Shown here: positions 8,314-19,908 of the stretch, in pieces | Numbering within the stretch: the first letter of the stretch is position 1 | Layout of the letters: the number at the start of each line of letters is the position of its first letter | NCBI GenBank assembly: GCA_963790555.1 | Contig: CAWBPB010000019.1 | Coordinates: forward strand, 394,858 to 458,857 | Reading direction: 5' to 3' | From: an uncultured Acidobacteriaceae bacterium | Lineage (GTDB): Bacteria; Acidobacteriota; Terriglobia; Terriglobales; Acidobacteriaceae | Length of the DNA stretch: 64,000 bases | Notes under the pieces: generated by a model | Told to the model about the DNA's origin: nothing | Databases searched by the model: none | The model's input: only the letters and a program-made list of their open reading frames with translations | Translations under genes and position numbers: made by a program

Positions 8314-9234
8314 CTACTGCAACAGCTTGGTGACCGCCTGCTGCGTGCTGTTGGCCTGCGCCAGCGCGCTGATGCCGGTCTGGGTGAGGATCTGATACTT
8401 CGACAGCTCCGACGTGGCCGTGGTGTAGTCGGTGGCCATGATGGAGTTCGACGCCGACGCCAGGTTCTCGCTCTGCGTGGTCTCGACGCTTGCCATGGAG
8501 TTCAGCGTGTTGATCTGCGAGCCGAGATAGCCGCGCTGCGCAGCGACTCCGCTGATGGCGGCGGTGATGGCGGTGAGCGCCGCCTGTGCGGCTGCGGTGG
8601 CGGCTGCAGGCGTGGCACCGGTGAGGCTGGTCGTGCTCAGATCGGTGCTGGTGCCAATCGTGTAGGTGATGGCATTCCCGGCGCCGGTGGCGATGGTGCC
8701 GCCGGAGTCACCCACCTTGGCGCTGGTGAGTGCCGCGATGCTCAGTGTGTCCGTCGAAGTACCAGTAGCCGTGCCGTCGCTGGTGTAGATGGAGAAGCTT
8801 GCCGGCGTGGTGGCCGAGCCGAAGACGGCCTGGCCGTTGTAGGTGGTGGCGGCGCCGATGTTGTTGATCTCGGCCAGGATGGATTGATACTCCTGGTTGG
8901 CCGCGCCGGACTGCGAGGTGTTCAGCGTGCCGTTGCCGGCTTCGGTGGCGAGCGTGACCGCGCGGTTCAGCAGGTTGTTGACCTGGGACAGTGCGCCATC
9001 GGCGGTCTGCAGCAGGCCCACACCGAGGCTGACGTTGCTGGCGGACTGGGTCAGCGCAGACTGGTTGGCCTGGAGGCCGTTGGCCAGCGAAAGGCCAGCG
9101 GCATCGTCCGCGCCGGAGTTGATGCGCGAACCGGAAGAGAGCTGCGTGAGCACGTTCTGCAGGCTGGCCTGCGTGTTGCTCAGGTTATTCGCAGCATAGG
9201 TTGCGGCGATGTTGTTCAATACACCCATTGACAT
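8314..9234 (-). CDS. fliC: Flagellin
   Basis: LSSGSRINSGADDAAGL, LQTADGAL, RGYLGSQIN, QILTQTGISALAQAN. Confidence 0.97.
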   Translation of the reverse strand: MSMGVLNNIAATYAANNLSNTQASLQNVLTQLSSGSRINSGADDAAGLSLANGLQANQSALTQSASNVSLGVGLLQTADGALSQVNNLLNRAVTLATEAGNGTLNTSQSGAANQEYQSILAEINNIGAATTYNGQAVFGSATTPASFSIYTSDGTATGTSTDTLSIAALTSAKVGDSGGTIATGAGNAITYTIGTSTDLSTTSLTGATPAAATAAAQAALTAITAAISGVAAQRGYLGSQINTLNSMASVETTQSENLASASNSIMATDYTTATSELSKYQILTQTGISALAQANSTQQAVTKLLQ

Positions 9235-9326
9235 AGCGTCGGCTCCTGTTGGTCCTGAAGTGGGGCTCCTGGATCACGTCGTGCCCGTGGGCACCTGGTG
9301 AAGGGAACCGTTCCTAACTGAACCAT

Positions 9327-9353
9327 TTATCGGCAGCAGCGCTGGTAACTTTA
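9327..9353 (-). promoter_or_regulatory. Sigma28 (FliA) promoter of fliC
   Basis: Minus strand TAAA-N15-GCCGATAA, an exact match to the FliA consensus. Confidence 0.92.
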
Positions 9354-9434
9354 TGGCCGCCCGGCGGGAACGTTCATTCTTTGTTACTTTGGACCGTTTT
9401 CACAAATACTGTGTCCAATCAATATCCTCGAGGA

Positions 9435-9459
9435 GCAGCTTTTCTTAACGAAAAGCTGC
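9435..9459. terminator. Hairpin downstream of yjbQ
   Basis: GCAGCTTTTC-TTAAC-GAAAAGCTGC, perfect 10-bp stem. Confidence 0.6.
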
Positions 9460-9479
9460 GTCGATATTTGCTTCGAGAG

Positions 9480-9956
9480 CTAGGCCTTTTGTAACAACGG
9501 TCGACCGACCCCAAGCACCTTGACGATGACCCGCTTAACACGCTGGCCGTCGAATTCGGCATAGAAGATGCGCTGCCAGGTGCCGAGGTCGAGATGACCG
9601 CCAGTCACCGGCAGGGTGGTCTCATGATGGAGGAGCAGCGCCTTGAGGTGCGCATCGGCGTTGTCCTCGCCGGTCTGGTGGTGTCGATAGTCCGGCTTCG
9701 CGGGCGCGAGCTTCTCCAGCCACTCGCCGATATCGTGGATGAGGCCGCTCTCGTTGTCGTTGACGTAGATGGCGGCGGTGATGTGCATCGGCGAGACGAA
9801 GCACAGGCCGTCATCGACGCCGCTCTCACGGACGATGTGCTCCACCTCGTCAGTGATGTGGACCATCTCGTAGCGCTTGCGGGTATGCATTTCGAGATAG
9901 CGGGTGTGGGTGCGCCAACCGCAGTTGCTGGCTTTGGTCACGGGCTGCTTTGCCAT
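9480..9956 (-). CDS. yjbQ: YjbQ/UPF0047 family protein
   Basis: [40 protein letters not shown]. Confidence 0.92.
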   Translation of the reverse strand: MAKQPVTKASNCGWRTHTRYLEMHTRKRYEMVHITDEVEHIVRESGVDDGLCFVSPMHITAAIYVNDNESGLIHDIGEWLEKLAPAKPDYRHHQTGEDNADAHLKALLLHHETTLPVTGGHLDLGTWQRIFYAEFDGQRVKRVIVKVLGVGRPLLQKA

Positions 9957-9991
9957 GTGCTTCGCTCCGGGAAGATGATCTCTATTGTCTG

Positions 9992-10704
9992 ATGCCACGC
10001 AACGAGCAATCCGGAGAGTCCACGCCTGAGGCGGCGATGCTGCGCGCCATGTACGAGCGGCTGCTGGAAGCTTACGGACCGCAGCACTGGTGGCCGGGCG
10101 AGACGCCGCTCGAGATCACCCTGGGCGCGTATCTGACGCAGAACACCTCCTGGCGCGCGGTGGAGCGCTCGCTTGGGAATCTGCGCGAGCGCGGACTTCT
10201 GGACGCTGCGGCGCTGCTGGCGACCCGCGAGGAGGATCTCCGCGTTCTGCTGCGGCCTTCGGGATACATGGTGCGCAAGACCGCGGCGATCCGGGCGTTT
10301 CTCGGCTTCCTGTTTGCGGAGGCGGGCGGGTCGTTTGAAAAGCTGGCGATGATGCCGACGAAACTCCTGCGGCCAAAGCTGCTGGCGTTGCCCGGCGTGG
10401 GCCCGGAGACGGCGGACGCGATCCTGCTGTACGCGCTGGGGCACGAGGCGATGGTGGTGGACGAATATTTGCGGCGGGTCACGGTGCGGCACGGTCTGAC
10501 GCCGGAGCGGTCGGGCTACGATGCCATCCAGCGGCTGGCATGGAGCGCCTTTGCCGGCGAGCGGGGCAAGGCGCGGGTGCGGCATGCGAACGAGTTTCAT
10601 GCGCTGATCGTGATGGTGGGCAAGGAGCACTGCGGGCCGAAGCCGCGATGCGCGGGTGTCCGCTGGCCTGCTTCCCTGCTCTCGTGCCCGAACGAAGCAT
10701 CTAG
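9992..10704 (+). CDS. HhH-GPD base-excision glycosylase (endonuclease III-like); indel near 10657
   Basis: [40 protein letters not shown]..(CPL in shifted frame) Fe-S motif. Confidence 0.88.
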
Positions 10705-10711
10705 ATACTTC

Positions 10712-11890
10712 ATGCACTGGTTGAATGAGATCGGGCGCGCGTTACAGATGGCCGCCATGATGGGCTGGCAGATGCTGTGGGCGCTGCTGCTGGGCTTCGG
10801 GCTCTCGGCTATGGTGCAGGCTACGGTCTCGCGCGAGAAGGTCGCGCGGCTGATGCCGGATGGCGCGCCCGCGCTCGATTGCGATTGCCTCCGGACTGGG
10901 TGCGGCTTCCTCGTCGTGTTCCTATGCTGCGGTTGCAATTGCGCGCACACTCTTCCGCAAAGGGGCGGACTTTCGCGCGGCCATGGCCTTCGAATTCGCA
11001 TCGACCAACCTGGTCTTCGAGCTGGGCCTGTCGCTGATTGTGCTGATGGGCTGGCGCTTTGCCGCGGCAGAGTTTATCGGCGGCCCGGTGATGATCGTGC
11101 TGCTGGTGTGTGCTGCTGAACCTATTCTTCGGCAAGCGGCTGGTAGAGGCCGCACGGGCGCAGGTCGAGCGCGGTCTGCTGGGTCGCATGGAAGGCCATG
11201 CCGCAATGGATATGAGCGCGAAGGGCGCGACGTGGCTGGCGCGGCTGCGATCGCCCCAGGCATTCACCGCGATCAGCCACATCTTTGTCATGGAGTGGGC
11301 GGCGGTGTTGCCGGATATCGTGCTCGGCCTGGTGCTCTCGGGATGCATCGCCGCGTGGGTGCCGGCGGCGTTCTGGCAGCGGTTCTTTCTGGTTGGACAT
11401 CCGGCGCTGGCGCGATGGTGGGGTCCGCTGGCCGGGCCGCTGGTGGCGCTGGTGTCGTTTGTCTGCTCGGTGGGCAATGTGCCGCTGGCGGCGGTGCTGT
11501 GGCAGCATGGCCTGAGTTTTGGCGGCGTCATCGCCTTCCTCTTTGGCGATCTCATCATCCTGCCTATCGTGAACATCCATCGCAAGTACTACGGCTGGCG
11601 CGCGGCGCTTATGCTGCTGGCGCTCTTCTATGTAGCGATGGCGGGCGCGGCGCTGGCGGTGGAGTGGATCTTCGTGGCGTTGCACCTGACGCCGCATGCG
11701 CACAGGATGAATATGGCGATGGATATGGGCTTTCGCTGGGACCATACCGCATGGCTGAACCTGATCTTTCTGGCACTGACCGCGCCGCTGCTGTGGCGGT
11801 TCTTCCGCTCGGGCGGCGGCGGTATGCTGCGGCAGATGAATGAGCCGATGGAGCGACAGACAGCGGTGATCACGCGCAGCATCGGAGTGC
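10712..11890 (+). CDS. DUF318/ArsP-like permease (at least two indels; 3' end approximate)
   Basis: Three overlapping ORFs give GAASSSCSYAA, FASTNL and SFVCSVGNVPLA motifs; multi-TM. Confidence 0.8.
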
Positions 11891-11892
11891 GC

Positions 11893-12532
11893 ATGGATCG
11901 AGCATTTGAGAGAGACGTGTATCGTGGCCAGCTCGAATGCGGGCAAGCTGCGCGACTTTACCGCTGCGGCTGCAGTCTTCGGCGTAGACATTGCCGCCCT
12001 GCCCGGATTGCAGGAGATTCCTGCGCCGGAGGAGACCGGCGCGACCTTCGCTGGCCAATGCCCGGCTGAAAGCGGAAGAGTACAGCCGCGCGCGTCCGGG
12101 CCTGCTGGTGCTGGCAGATGATTCGGGGCTCGAAGTCGATGCGCTGGGCGGTGCGCCGGGCGTGCGGTCGGCGCGCTATGCCGAGGATGCCGGCTTTGAC
12201 GTGATTGACGGCGAAGACGCGGACGGGCGGAACAATCTGTACCTTCTGGAGCAGCTTCGCGGGCACTCGCAGCCGTGGACGGCGCGCTACCGCTGCGTTC
12301 TCGCGCTGGCGCGGGACGGCGTGACGCTGCAGGACAGCAGATGGCTCAGTGGAAGGCGAGATCGTCGCGGAGCCGCATGGAACGGGCGGCTTCGGCTACG
12401 ATCCGCTGTTCTGGCTGCCGGAGCTGGGCAAGACGATGGCGGAGATCGATCTCGAAACAAAGCAGAAGCTGAGTCATCGCGGGCGCGCACTGCGAGGCGC
12501 TGCTGGAGCAGATGCAGGGCTGGAAGCGTTAA
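11893..12532 (+). CDS. rdgB: Non-canonical purine NTP pyrophosphatase (Ham1/RdgB), several indels
   Basis: [59 protein letters not shown] spread over frames. Confidence 0.88.
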
Positions 12533-12589
12533 ACTGCGCATGCCCGAAAATGTCTTCGTTCGAGATTGCAAACGCGAAAGGAAATTGTC

Positions 12590-12973
12590 GTGAGTCCATC
12601 CGATGCAGCAACGTCCCGCTCCAGCCTGCAATATGTCCGGCTGAAGGAGCTTCCTATCGAACAAGTCAATCCGCTTTTGGACCGGCAGATTGTGTGCGGC
12701 GAACGCAGCATGCTTGCCAGGATCATCCTGCGCAAGGGCTGCATCGTTCCCCTGCATAGCCACGAGAATGAGCAGATCAGCTACATCCTGGAAGGCGCCT
12801 TGAAGTTTCTGATCGAGGGGCGGGAGATCGTGGTGAGCGCAGGCGAAGTGCTGGTGATTCCGTCGCATGTGCCCCATTCCGCAGAGGCGCTTGAAGATAC
12901 AGTGGACCTCGATCTCTTTTGCCCTCCGCGCGAGGACTGGCTCAACAAGACCGATGCGTACTTGCGGCGATAA
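12590..12973 (+). CDS. Cupin domain protein
   Basis: [29 protein letters not shown]. Confidence 0.88.
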   Translation: MSPSDAATSRSSLQYVRLKELPIEQVNPLLDRQIVCGERSMLARIILRKGCIVPLHSHENEQISYILEGALKFLIEGREIVVSAGEVLVIPSHVPHSAEALEDTVDLDLFCPPREDWLNKTDAYLRR

Positions 12974-12993
12974 GCCTTCATGACGAGGTGAGC

Positions 12994-13782
12994 GTGATCA
13001 CAGGATTAAAGAACCGGGTTGCTGTTGTCGCGGCCTCCAGCAAGGGCATAGGCCGCGCGACAGCGTTTGGCTTGGCCGCGGAGGGCGCGGACCTGGTGTT
13101 GTGCGCGCGTAATGCAGATGCCCTTAACGAGACCGCGGAGCAGATCCGAAACACCTACGGCGTAAAGGTCCACGCAGAGGCCTTCGATGTGAGCGACGAC
13201 GCGGGCGTGCGCCGCTTTGTGACCGACGCCGAGAATCGCTTTGGCAGAATCGATATCTGTGTCACGAATGCGGGAGGGCCGCCGGCAAAGCCGTTCGCCG
13301 AGACGACCATGGCCGAGTGGGATCGCGCCTACGAGCTGAACCTGCGCAGCATCGTCTCGTTCGCGCATGCAGCGCTTCCCCTCATGCAGCGGCGTTCCTG
13401 GGGAAGATTTGTCACCATCACCTCCATTTCGGTGAAACAGCCTGTCCTCGAGCTGGTGCTGTCCAATGCGGTGCGCTCTGGCGTTCTGGGCCTGGTTCGC
13501 TCGCTCGCGACTCAGTATGGCCCGTACAACATTACGGTCAACAATGTGGGGCCTGGCTATACCGCGACCGAACGCATCCGGGAGTTGGCAGAGGTTCGCG
13601 CGAAGTCCACCGGACGCACGGCAGCGGAATACGAGACGGAGATGACGAAGGACATTCCGCTGCGGCGCTTCGCGCGCCCCGAGGAAGTTGCGGATGCAGT
13701 CGTATGGCTTGCATCCGAACAGGCCTCGTACATCACGGGCCAGACGATCCTGGTGGACGGCGGCGCGTACAGGGGAATTTGA
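12994..13782 (+). CDS. SDR family oxidoreductase
   Basis: AASSKGIG, NAGGPP, YITGQTILVDGG. Confidence 0.9.
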   Translation: MITGLKNRVAVVAASSKGIGRATAFGLAAEGADLVLCARNADALNETAEQIRNTYGVKVHAEAFDVSDDAGVRRFVTDAENRFGRIDICVTNAGGPPAKPFAETTMAEWDRAYELNLRSIVSFAHAALPLMQRRSWGRFVTITSISVKQPVLELVLSNAVRSGVLGLVRSLATQYGPYNITVNNVGPGYTATERIRELAEVRAKSTGRTAAEYETEMTKDIPLRRFARPEEVADAVVWLASEQASYITGQTILVDGGAYRGI

Positions 13783-13819
13783 AGTATCCGCATGAACCGC
13801 GGTTTGATGCCACGCCGTG

Positions 13820-13849
13820 TTGACGGTCGTTCTTTGCGGCACCCATAAT
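13820..13849 (+). promoter_or_regulatory. Putative sigma70 promoter of sdhCAB
   Basis: TTGACG-N18-CATAAT about 170 nt upstream of sdhC. Confidence 0.5.
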
Positions 13850-14016
13850 AATGAGTGGCTTCCCTGCATCGATCCGCCGACCTCCTGAGCCTTCTCTGTA
13901 GCATCACAGGCGATCGCTGAGGCGCGTTTTCGCCTCACTGTGGGCTGTGCCTGCGAAATTTCTGTAGCTAACTTGAGGTGGTCCGTGAGACTAACAAGCA
14001 AGACGGGACAGGTCGA

Positions 14017-14708
14017 ATGAGTACAAGCGCGGTAGGAGTGCAGAACGAGCGCGCGCCGGGTTTCTGGGGATCGACCAACGGCAAGAAGGCCGTGATGGCG
14101 GTGACCGGGGCGATCCTGTTTATCTTCGTCGTCGGCCACCTGGCGGGTAACCTGCAGGTCTTCGAAGGGCCGGCGAAGCTGAACGCCTACGGCAAGCTTC
14201 CTGCACGAGCATTGGCGAGCTGCTGTGGCCGATACGCATCATCCTGCTCATCTGCGTGACGCTTCACATTTGGGCAACGGTGCAGCTTGCGCTCCTGAAG
14301 AAGCGCGCGCGGCCGGTCGGCTACTCGGCCAAGAAGGCGATCTCATCGTCTTACGCCTCGCGCACCATGTACTGGAGCGGGCCGATCGTGCTGGCCTTCG
14401 TGATCTTCCACCTGCTGCATCTGACGGCGGGCTACTATCACCCGGGCGGGGCGTTTATTGAAGGCGATGTCTACCACAACGTGGTCACCGGCTTTCAGGT
14501 GTGGTGGGTTTCGGTCTGGTACATCTTCTCCATCATTCTGCTGGGACTGCATCTGCGCCACGGCCTCTGGAGCGCGTTTCAGTCGCTCGGCATGAACCAT
14601 CCGCGCCACACGCCGATCCTGAAGAGCGCGGCATGGGTGGTCGCACTGTTGATTGTGCTGGGGTACATCTCGATTCCGATCAGCGTCATGGCAGGAGTGG
14701 TGAAATAG
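14017..14708 (+). CDS. sdhC: Succinate dehydrogenase cytochrome b subunit (indel near 14200)
   Basis: [43 protein letters not shown]. Confidence 0.9.
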
Positions 14709-16622
14709 ATGACACTCGACTCTCACATTCCGACCGGGCCGATTGAACAGGCGTGGGACAAGACCAAGTTCGAACTGAAGCTGGTAAACCCGGCGAACAA
14801 GCGCAAGCACACGGTGATCGTGGTGGGCTCCGGGCTGGCCGGCGCATCGGCATCGGCCACGCTGGGCGAGCTTGGCTACAACGTAAAGTGCTTCTGCTTC
14901 CAGGATTCGCCGCGGCGCGCGCACTCCATCGCGGCGCAGGGCGGCATCAACGCCGCGAAGAATTACCAGAACGACGGCGACAGCATCTACCGGCTGTTCT
15001 ACGACACGGTGAAGGGCGGCGACTTCCGCTCGCGCGAGGCAAACGTCTACCGGCTGGCCGAGATCAGCGTCGCCATCATCGACCAGTGCGTGGCGCAGGG
15101 CGTCCCCTTTGCGCGCGAGTATGGCGGATCGCTGACCAACCGGTCGTTCGGCGGAGCGCAGGTCTCGCGCACCTTCTATGCGCGCGGCCAGACGGGCCAG
15201 CAGTTGCTGCTGGGCGCTTACCAGGCGCTGGAGCGGCAGGTGCACGCAGGCACGGTGGAGATGCTGGCGCGCACCGAGATGCTGGACCTGATCGTGATCG
15301 ACGGCAAGGCGCGCGGCATCGTGGCGCGCAACCTGGTAACGGGCGAGATCACGACGCACATCGGGGATGCGGTAATCCTGGCCAGCGGCGGCTACGGCAA
15401 CGTCTATTACCTGTCGACCAACGCGAAGGGATCGAACGTGACGGCAAGCTGGCGCGCGCACAAGCGCGGCGCGCTGTTCGCCAATCCCTGCTACACGCAG
15501 ATCCATCCGACGTGCATCCCGGTCTCGGGCGATTACCAGTCGAAGCTGACGCTGATGTCCGAATCGCTGCGCAACGACGGGCGTATCTGGGTGCCGATGA
15601 ACAAGGGCGACAAGCGCAAGCCGGACCAGATACCGGAGGCGGAGCGCGACTACTTTCTCGAACGGAAGTATCCGAGCTTCGGCAATCTCGTCCCGCGCGA
15701 TGTGGCATCACGCAACGCGAAGGCTGTGTGCGATGAAGGACGCGGCGTGGGCGAGAGCGGGCTGGGTGTCTATCTCGACTTCGCAGACGCGATTCGCCGC
15801 CTGGGCGAGCACACCATCCGCGAGCGCTACGGCAACCTGTTCGACATGTACGAGCGCATCACGGACGAGAACCCGTACAAGGTGCCGATGCGCATCTATC
15901 CGGCCATCCACTACACCATGGGCGGCCTGTGGGTGGACTACCACCTGCAGTCGACCATTCCGGGACTCTTCGTGCTGGGCGAAGCGAACTTCTCCGACCA
16001 CGGCGCAAACCGGCTGGGCGCGAGCGCGCTGATGCAGGGCTTCTCGGACGGCTACTTCGTCATTCCCTACACCATCGGCAACTACCTGGCGACCAACAAG
16101 CTGGGCAAGGTGGAGGAGTCAAACACCGAGGTGCGCAATGCCGTCGCGTGCGTGAACGAGACCATCAGCAAGCTGCTCTCGATCAAGGGCAAGCGGACGG
16201 TGGACTCGTTCCATCGCGAGCTGGGCAAGATCATGTGGGAGTACTGCGGCATGTCGCGCAACGCCGCGGGGTTGGAAAAAGCGATCGGGCAGATTCGCGA
16301 GCTGCGCGACGACTTCTGGCAGAACGTCACCGTGCCGGGCTCGGGCAATGACCTGAACCAGAGCCTGGAAAAAGCCGGCCGCGTCGCGGACTTCCTGGAA
16401 CTGGGCGAGCTGATGTGCATCGACGCGCTCGAACGGAACGAGAGCTGCGGCGGCCACTTCCGCGAGGAGTATCAGACGGCGGAGGGCGAAGCGATGCGCG
16501 ACGATGAGCACTTCTCCTATGTGGCGGCGTGGGGCTATCGCGGCCCCGGCAACCAGCCGGAGCTGACCAAGGAGCCGCTTGAGTTCGAATACGTGCACCC
16601 CAGCCAGAGGAGCTACAAGTAA
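14709..16622 (+). CDS. sdhA: Succinate dehydrogenase/fumarate reductase flavoprotein
   Basis: [35 protein letters not shown]. Confidence 0.97.
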   Translation: MTLDSHIPTGPIEQAWDKTKFELKLVNPANKRKHTVIVVGSGLAGASASATLGELGYNVKCFCFQDSPRRAHSIAAQGGINAAKNYQNDGDSIYRLFYDTVKGGDFRSREANVYRLAEISVAIIDQCVAQGVPFAREYGGSLTNRSFGGAQVSRTFYARGQTGQQLLLGAYQALERQVHAGTVEMLARTEMLDLIVIDGKARGIVARNLVTGEITTHIGDAVILASGGYGNVYYLSTNAKGSNVTASWRAHKRGALFANPCYTQIHPTCIPVSGDYQSKLTLMSESLRNDGRIWVPMNKGDKRKPDQIPEAERDYFLERKYPSFGNLVPRDVASRNAKAVCDEGRGVGESGLGVYLDFADAIRRLGEHTIRERYGNLFDMYERITDENPYKVPMRIYPAIHYTMGGLWVDYHLQSTIPGLFVLGEANFSDHGANRLGASALMQGFSDGYFVIPYTIGNYLATNKLGKVEESNTEVRNAVACVNETISKLLSIKGKRTVDSFHRELGKIMWEYCGMSRNAAGLEKAIGQIRELRDDFWQNVTVPGSGNDLNQSLEKAGRVADFLELGELMCIDALERNESCGGHFREEYQTAEGEAMRDDEHFSYVAAWGYRGPGNQPELTKEPLEFEYVHPSQRSYK

Positions 16623-17450
<828 letters not shown>

Positions 17451-17492
17451 GGCAGATCTCGCCGTCGCGATGCGAGAGGATTTGGAAATACG

Positions 17493-17519
17493 AAGCCCCG
17501 GCCGACGAGCCGGGGCTTT
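17493..17519. terminator. Intrinsic terminator after sdhB
   Basis: AAGCCCCGGC-CGACGA-GCCGGGGCTTT. Confidence 0.8.
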
Positions 17520-17545
17520 CTGATTTCGATCTGTCTGCTTCCGCC

Positions 17546-17754
17546 CTATGGATTGCTGCCGTGGGGATCGCTCTCGACGATAACGTCCTTGCCTTCTTCG
17601 TCCTTGCGCTGACGCTCCTGGCCGCGGCCCGCCATCTCGTCCGCCATCCGGTTCAGGCGGTCATGCGAACCCCTGTCGGGCGTAGATTTGCGTGGGTGTC
17701 CGGATGTGCGGGGCGTGCTGCGTCCTTCTTCGTGTCCTTGACGATCGGCTGCAT
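17546..17754 (-). CDS. Small hydrophilic hypothetical protein (probable indel)
   Basis: RBS GGAGAGG before ATG 17754; C-terminal frame ..[23 protein letters not shown].. Confidence 0.45.
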
Positions 17755-17821
17755 AGTTCACCTCTCCCCAAAGAGATGGGCGGCAAGGGGCGGAGGTTGT
17801 CCTTTGCTACACTCGGATTCC

Positions 17822-19111
17822 ATGAAGCTGCCGGCCGCCGCTCTTCTCGTCATCGCCACCTCTCTCCTCGCTCAGGACGCCTCCCACACAAAGCCGCAAC
17901 ACCATGCAACCAAGACCATGACGAATGCTTCTTACGCCACCAATTTTTTTATCGACACCCATGCCGACACTCCCCAGCGCATGCTGGATGACCATTACGA
18001 CCTGGCCGATCCGCTGAACGGCGGCTATCTAAACTTTGAGGCCGCGAAGAAGGGCAATCTGGGCGCGGAGTTCTTCTCCATCTGGGTGGAGCCGGAGCTC
18101 TACCAGGGTCACTATGCACGGCGCACTCTCGAGCTCATCGATGCCGTGCACCAGGCGGCGCTCCAGCATCCGGACAAGATGATGATGGCCTACTCGGTGG
18201 CAGACATCGAGCGCGCGCATCGCGAGCACAAGCTGGCGGCGCTGATGGGCATCGAGGGCGGCCATTCGATTGAGAATTCCTTGGGCCTCCTGCGCGACTA
18301 CTACCGGCTGGGCGTGCGCTACATGACGCTGACCTGGTCCAACTCGAACGACTGGGCCGATTCCTCCGGCGACATCAACGATCCCAAGGTGCACCATACC
18401 GACGAGGGGCTGACGGAGTTCGGCAAGGACGTGGTGTACGAGATGAACCGCCTGGGCATGATGGTGGACATCTCGCACGTGGCCGACAAGACGTTCTATC
18501 GCACGCTGATCCTGACCCGCGCGCCGGTGATTGCCTCGCATTCTTCGGCGCGAGCGCTTACCAACGCGCCCAGAAATATGACCGACGACATGCTGCGGGC
18601 GCTGGCCGTGAATGGCGGCGTGGTGCAGGCAAACTTCTACTCCGCCTTTATCTCGGACAAGTGGCGACTCGCCTGGGACGCACAGAAGCCGGAGCGCGAA
18701 GCCGCAGAGAAGGCCGCCGAGGAAAAAGCCAAGTCCGAGGGCAAGCCGTTGACCTACAGCCAGGAAGACGCGATGGACAAGGAATGGGCCGCGAAGATTC
18801 CCCGGCCGCCCTTGAGCGATCTGATCGACCACATCGACCACATGGTGAAGGTCGCGGGCATCGATCACGTCGGTATCGGGTCGGACTTCGACGGTATTCC
18901 ATCGGCGCCGGAAGGCATCGATTCCGCGGCCGACCTGCCGAAGATCACGGCTGCGCTGAAGCAGCGCGGCTACAGCAATGCGGATTGCCAGAAGATCATG
19001 AGCGGCAACCTGCTGCGCGTCTTCGCCCAGGTGGAGAAGGTGAGCAGGCAGTTACAGGCTGAGGAGAAGGAACGGCCCAAGATCACCGAGTCGCAGCCAT
19101 TTCACAAGTAG
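17822..19111 (+). CDS. Membrane dipeptidase (peptidase M19), secreted
   Basis: Signal peptide; IDTHAD, GIEGGH, MVDISH, VIASHS, GIGSDFDG. Confidence 0.93.
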   Translation: MKLPAAALLVIATSLLAQDASHTKPQHHATKTMTNASYATNFFIDTHADTPQRMLDDHYDLADPLNGGYLNFEAAKKGNLGAEFFSIWVEPELYQGHYARRTLELIDAVHQAALQHPDKMMMAYSVADIERAHREHKLAALMGIEGGHSIENSLGLLRDYYRLGVRYMTLTWSNSNDWADSSGDINDPKVHHTDEGLTEFGKDVVYEMNRLGMMVDISHVADKTFYRTLILTRAPVIASHSSARALTNAPRNMTDDMLRALAVNGGVVQANFYSAFISDKWRLAWDAQKPEREAAEKAAEEKAKSEGKPLTYSQEDAMDKEWAAKIPRPPLSDLIDHIDHMVKVAGIDHVGIGSDFDGIPSAPEGIDSAADLPKITAALKQRGYSNADCQKIMSGNLLRVFAQVEKVSRQLQAEEKERPKITESQPFHK

Positions 19112-19190
19112 GTCAGTACACTCCATCATCCCCCGTTGAAGATCGGTGGCCGGGCCCAGGCAGTTCGATGAAGTTCAAAGGGGGATCGAG

Positions 19191-19568
19191 ATGAAGCGGT
19201 GGATCGGAATTGCGTTTGTACTGGGCATCCTTGTGGGTGGGTTGGGCGTGATGCGCTCTCAGCAGGCCGCGACTGCGACGCAGCGAATCATGCAGTTCGA
19301 GAACGACGACGTGAAGGTGTGGAAGTCGGTCGTCGTTCCCAATGCCCCGCTGTCCATGCACCGGCATGAGCATGGACGCGTGATCATTGCTCTTCGCGGC
19401 GGCACCATGAAGATCGTCGAGCAGAACGGCGCAAGCGAGGCGCACGTTTGGGATACCGGAAAGGCCTACTGGCTGCCCGCGAATGCTCCCGGAACCATGC
19501 ACGCCGATGTGAATGCCGGCGATCAGCCGATGGAAGTCATGGTGGTGGAGCTGAAGAAAGACAAATAG
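19191..19568 (+). CDS. Exported cupin-like protein
   Basis: N-terminal hydrophobic segment; FENDDVKV, MHRHEH, HADVN, VVELK. Confidence 0.75.
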   Translation: MKRWIGIAFVLGILVGGLGVMRSQQAATATQRIMQFENDDVKVWKSVVVPNAPLSMHRHEHGRVIIALRGGTMKIVEQNGASEAHVWDTGKAYWLPANAPGTMHADVNAGDQPMEVMVVELKKDK

Positions 19569-19615
19569 GCCCGTCCGTCGCATCCACGTTTGGAGCGGTG
19601 AGCGGCGCCTCGGAG

Positions 19616-19795
19616 CTAAATCCAGGCGGTAGCCGGTCGCATTGCGGGATAAAGCTCGGCGATATCGCGCAGGAACTGCCGCACGCGAGTGCGCATCGCG
19701 CGCAGGGCCCAGAAGAAGAGCAGCCGGCGCCCCCAGCGGCGCTGCACGAGCCAGCGGGTGACCCAGAACATAACGGTGCGCTTCATGAATCCCAT
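19616..19795 (-). CDS. Small Arg/Trp-rich peptide (59 aa)
   Basis: GGAGG RBS just upstream of ATG 19795; fills the gap between two plus-strand genes. Confidence 0.55.
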   Translation of the reverse strand: MGFMKRTVMFWVTRWLVQRRWGRRLLFFWALRAMRTRVRQFLRDIAELYPAMRPATAWI

Positions 19796-19908
19796 GGGAA
19801 TGCCTCCTGCGTGCTGAGATGCGGCAAAACCGGAACCGAGCGCCTGAAAGTATGTCCGGCTGGCGGAGCCGAAAGCCATTGCGATACTCTGACCAGTTGG
19901 AATCAACG

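Noticed and set aside
9950-11119. Apparent glycosylase-permease fusion ORF
   Set aside because: An indel at the Fe-S motif bypasses the TAG at 10702-10704; the permease has its own ATG at 10712
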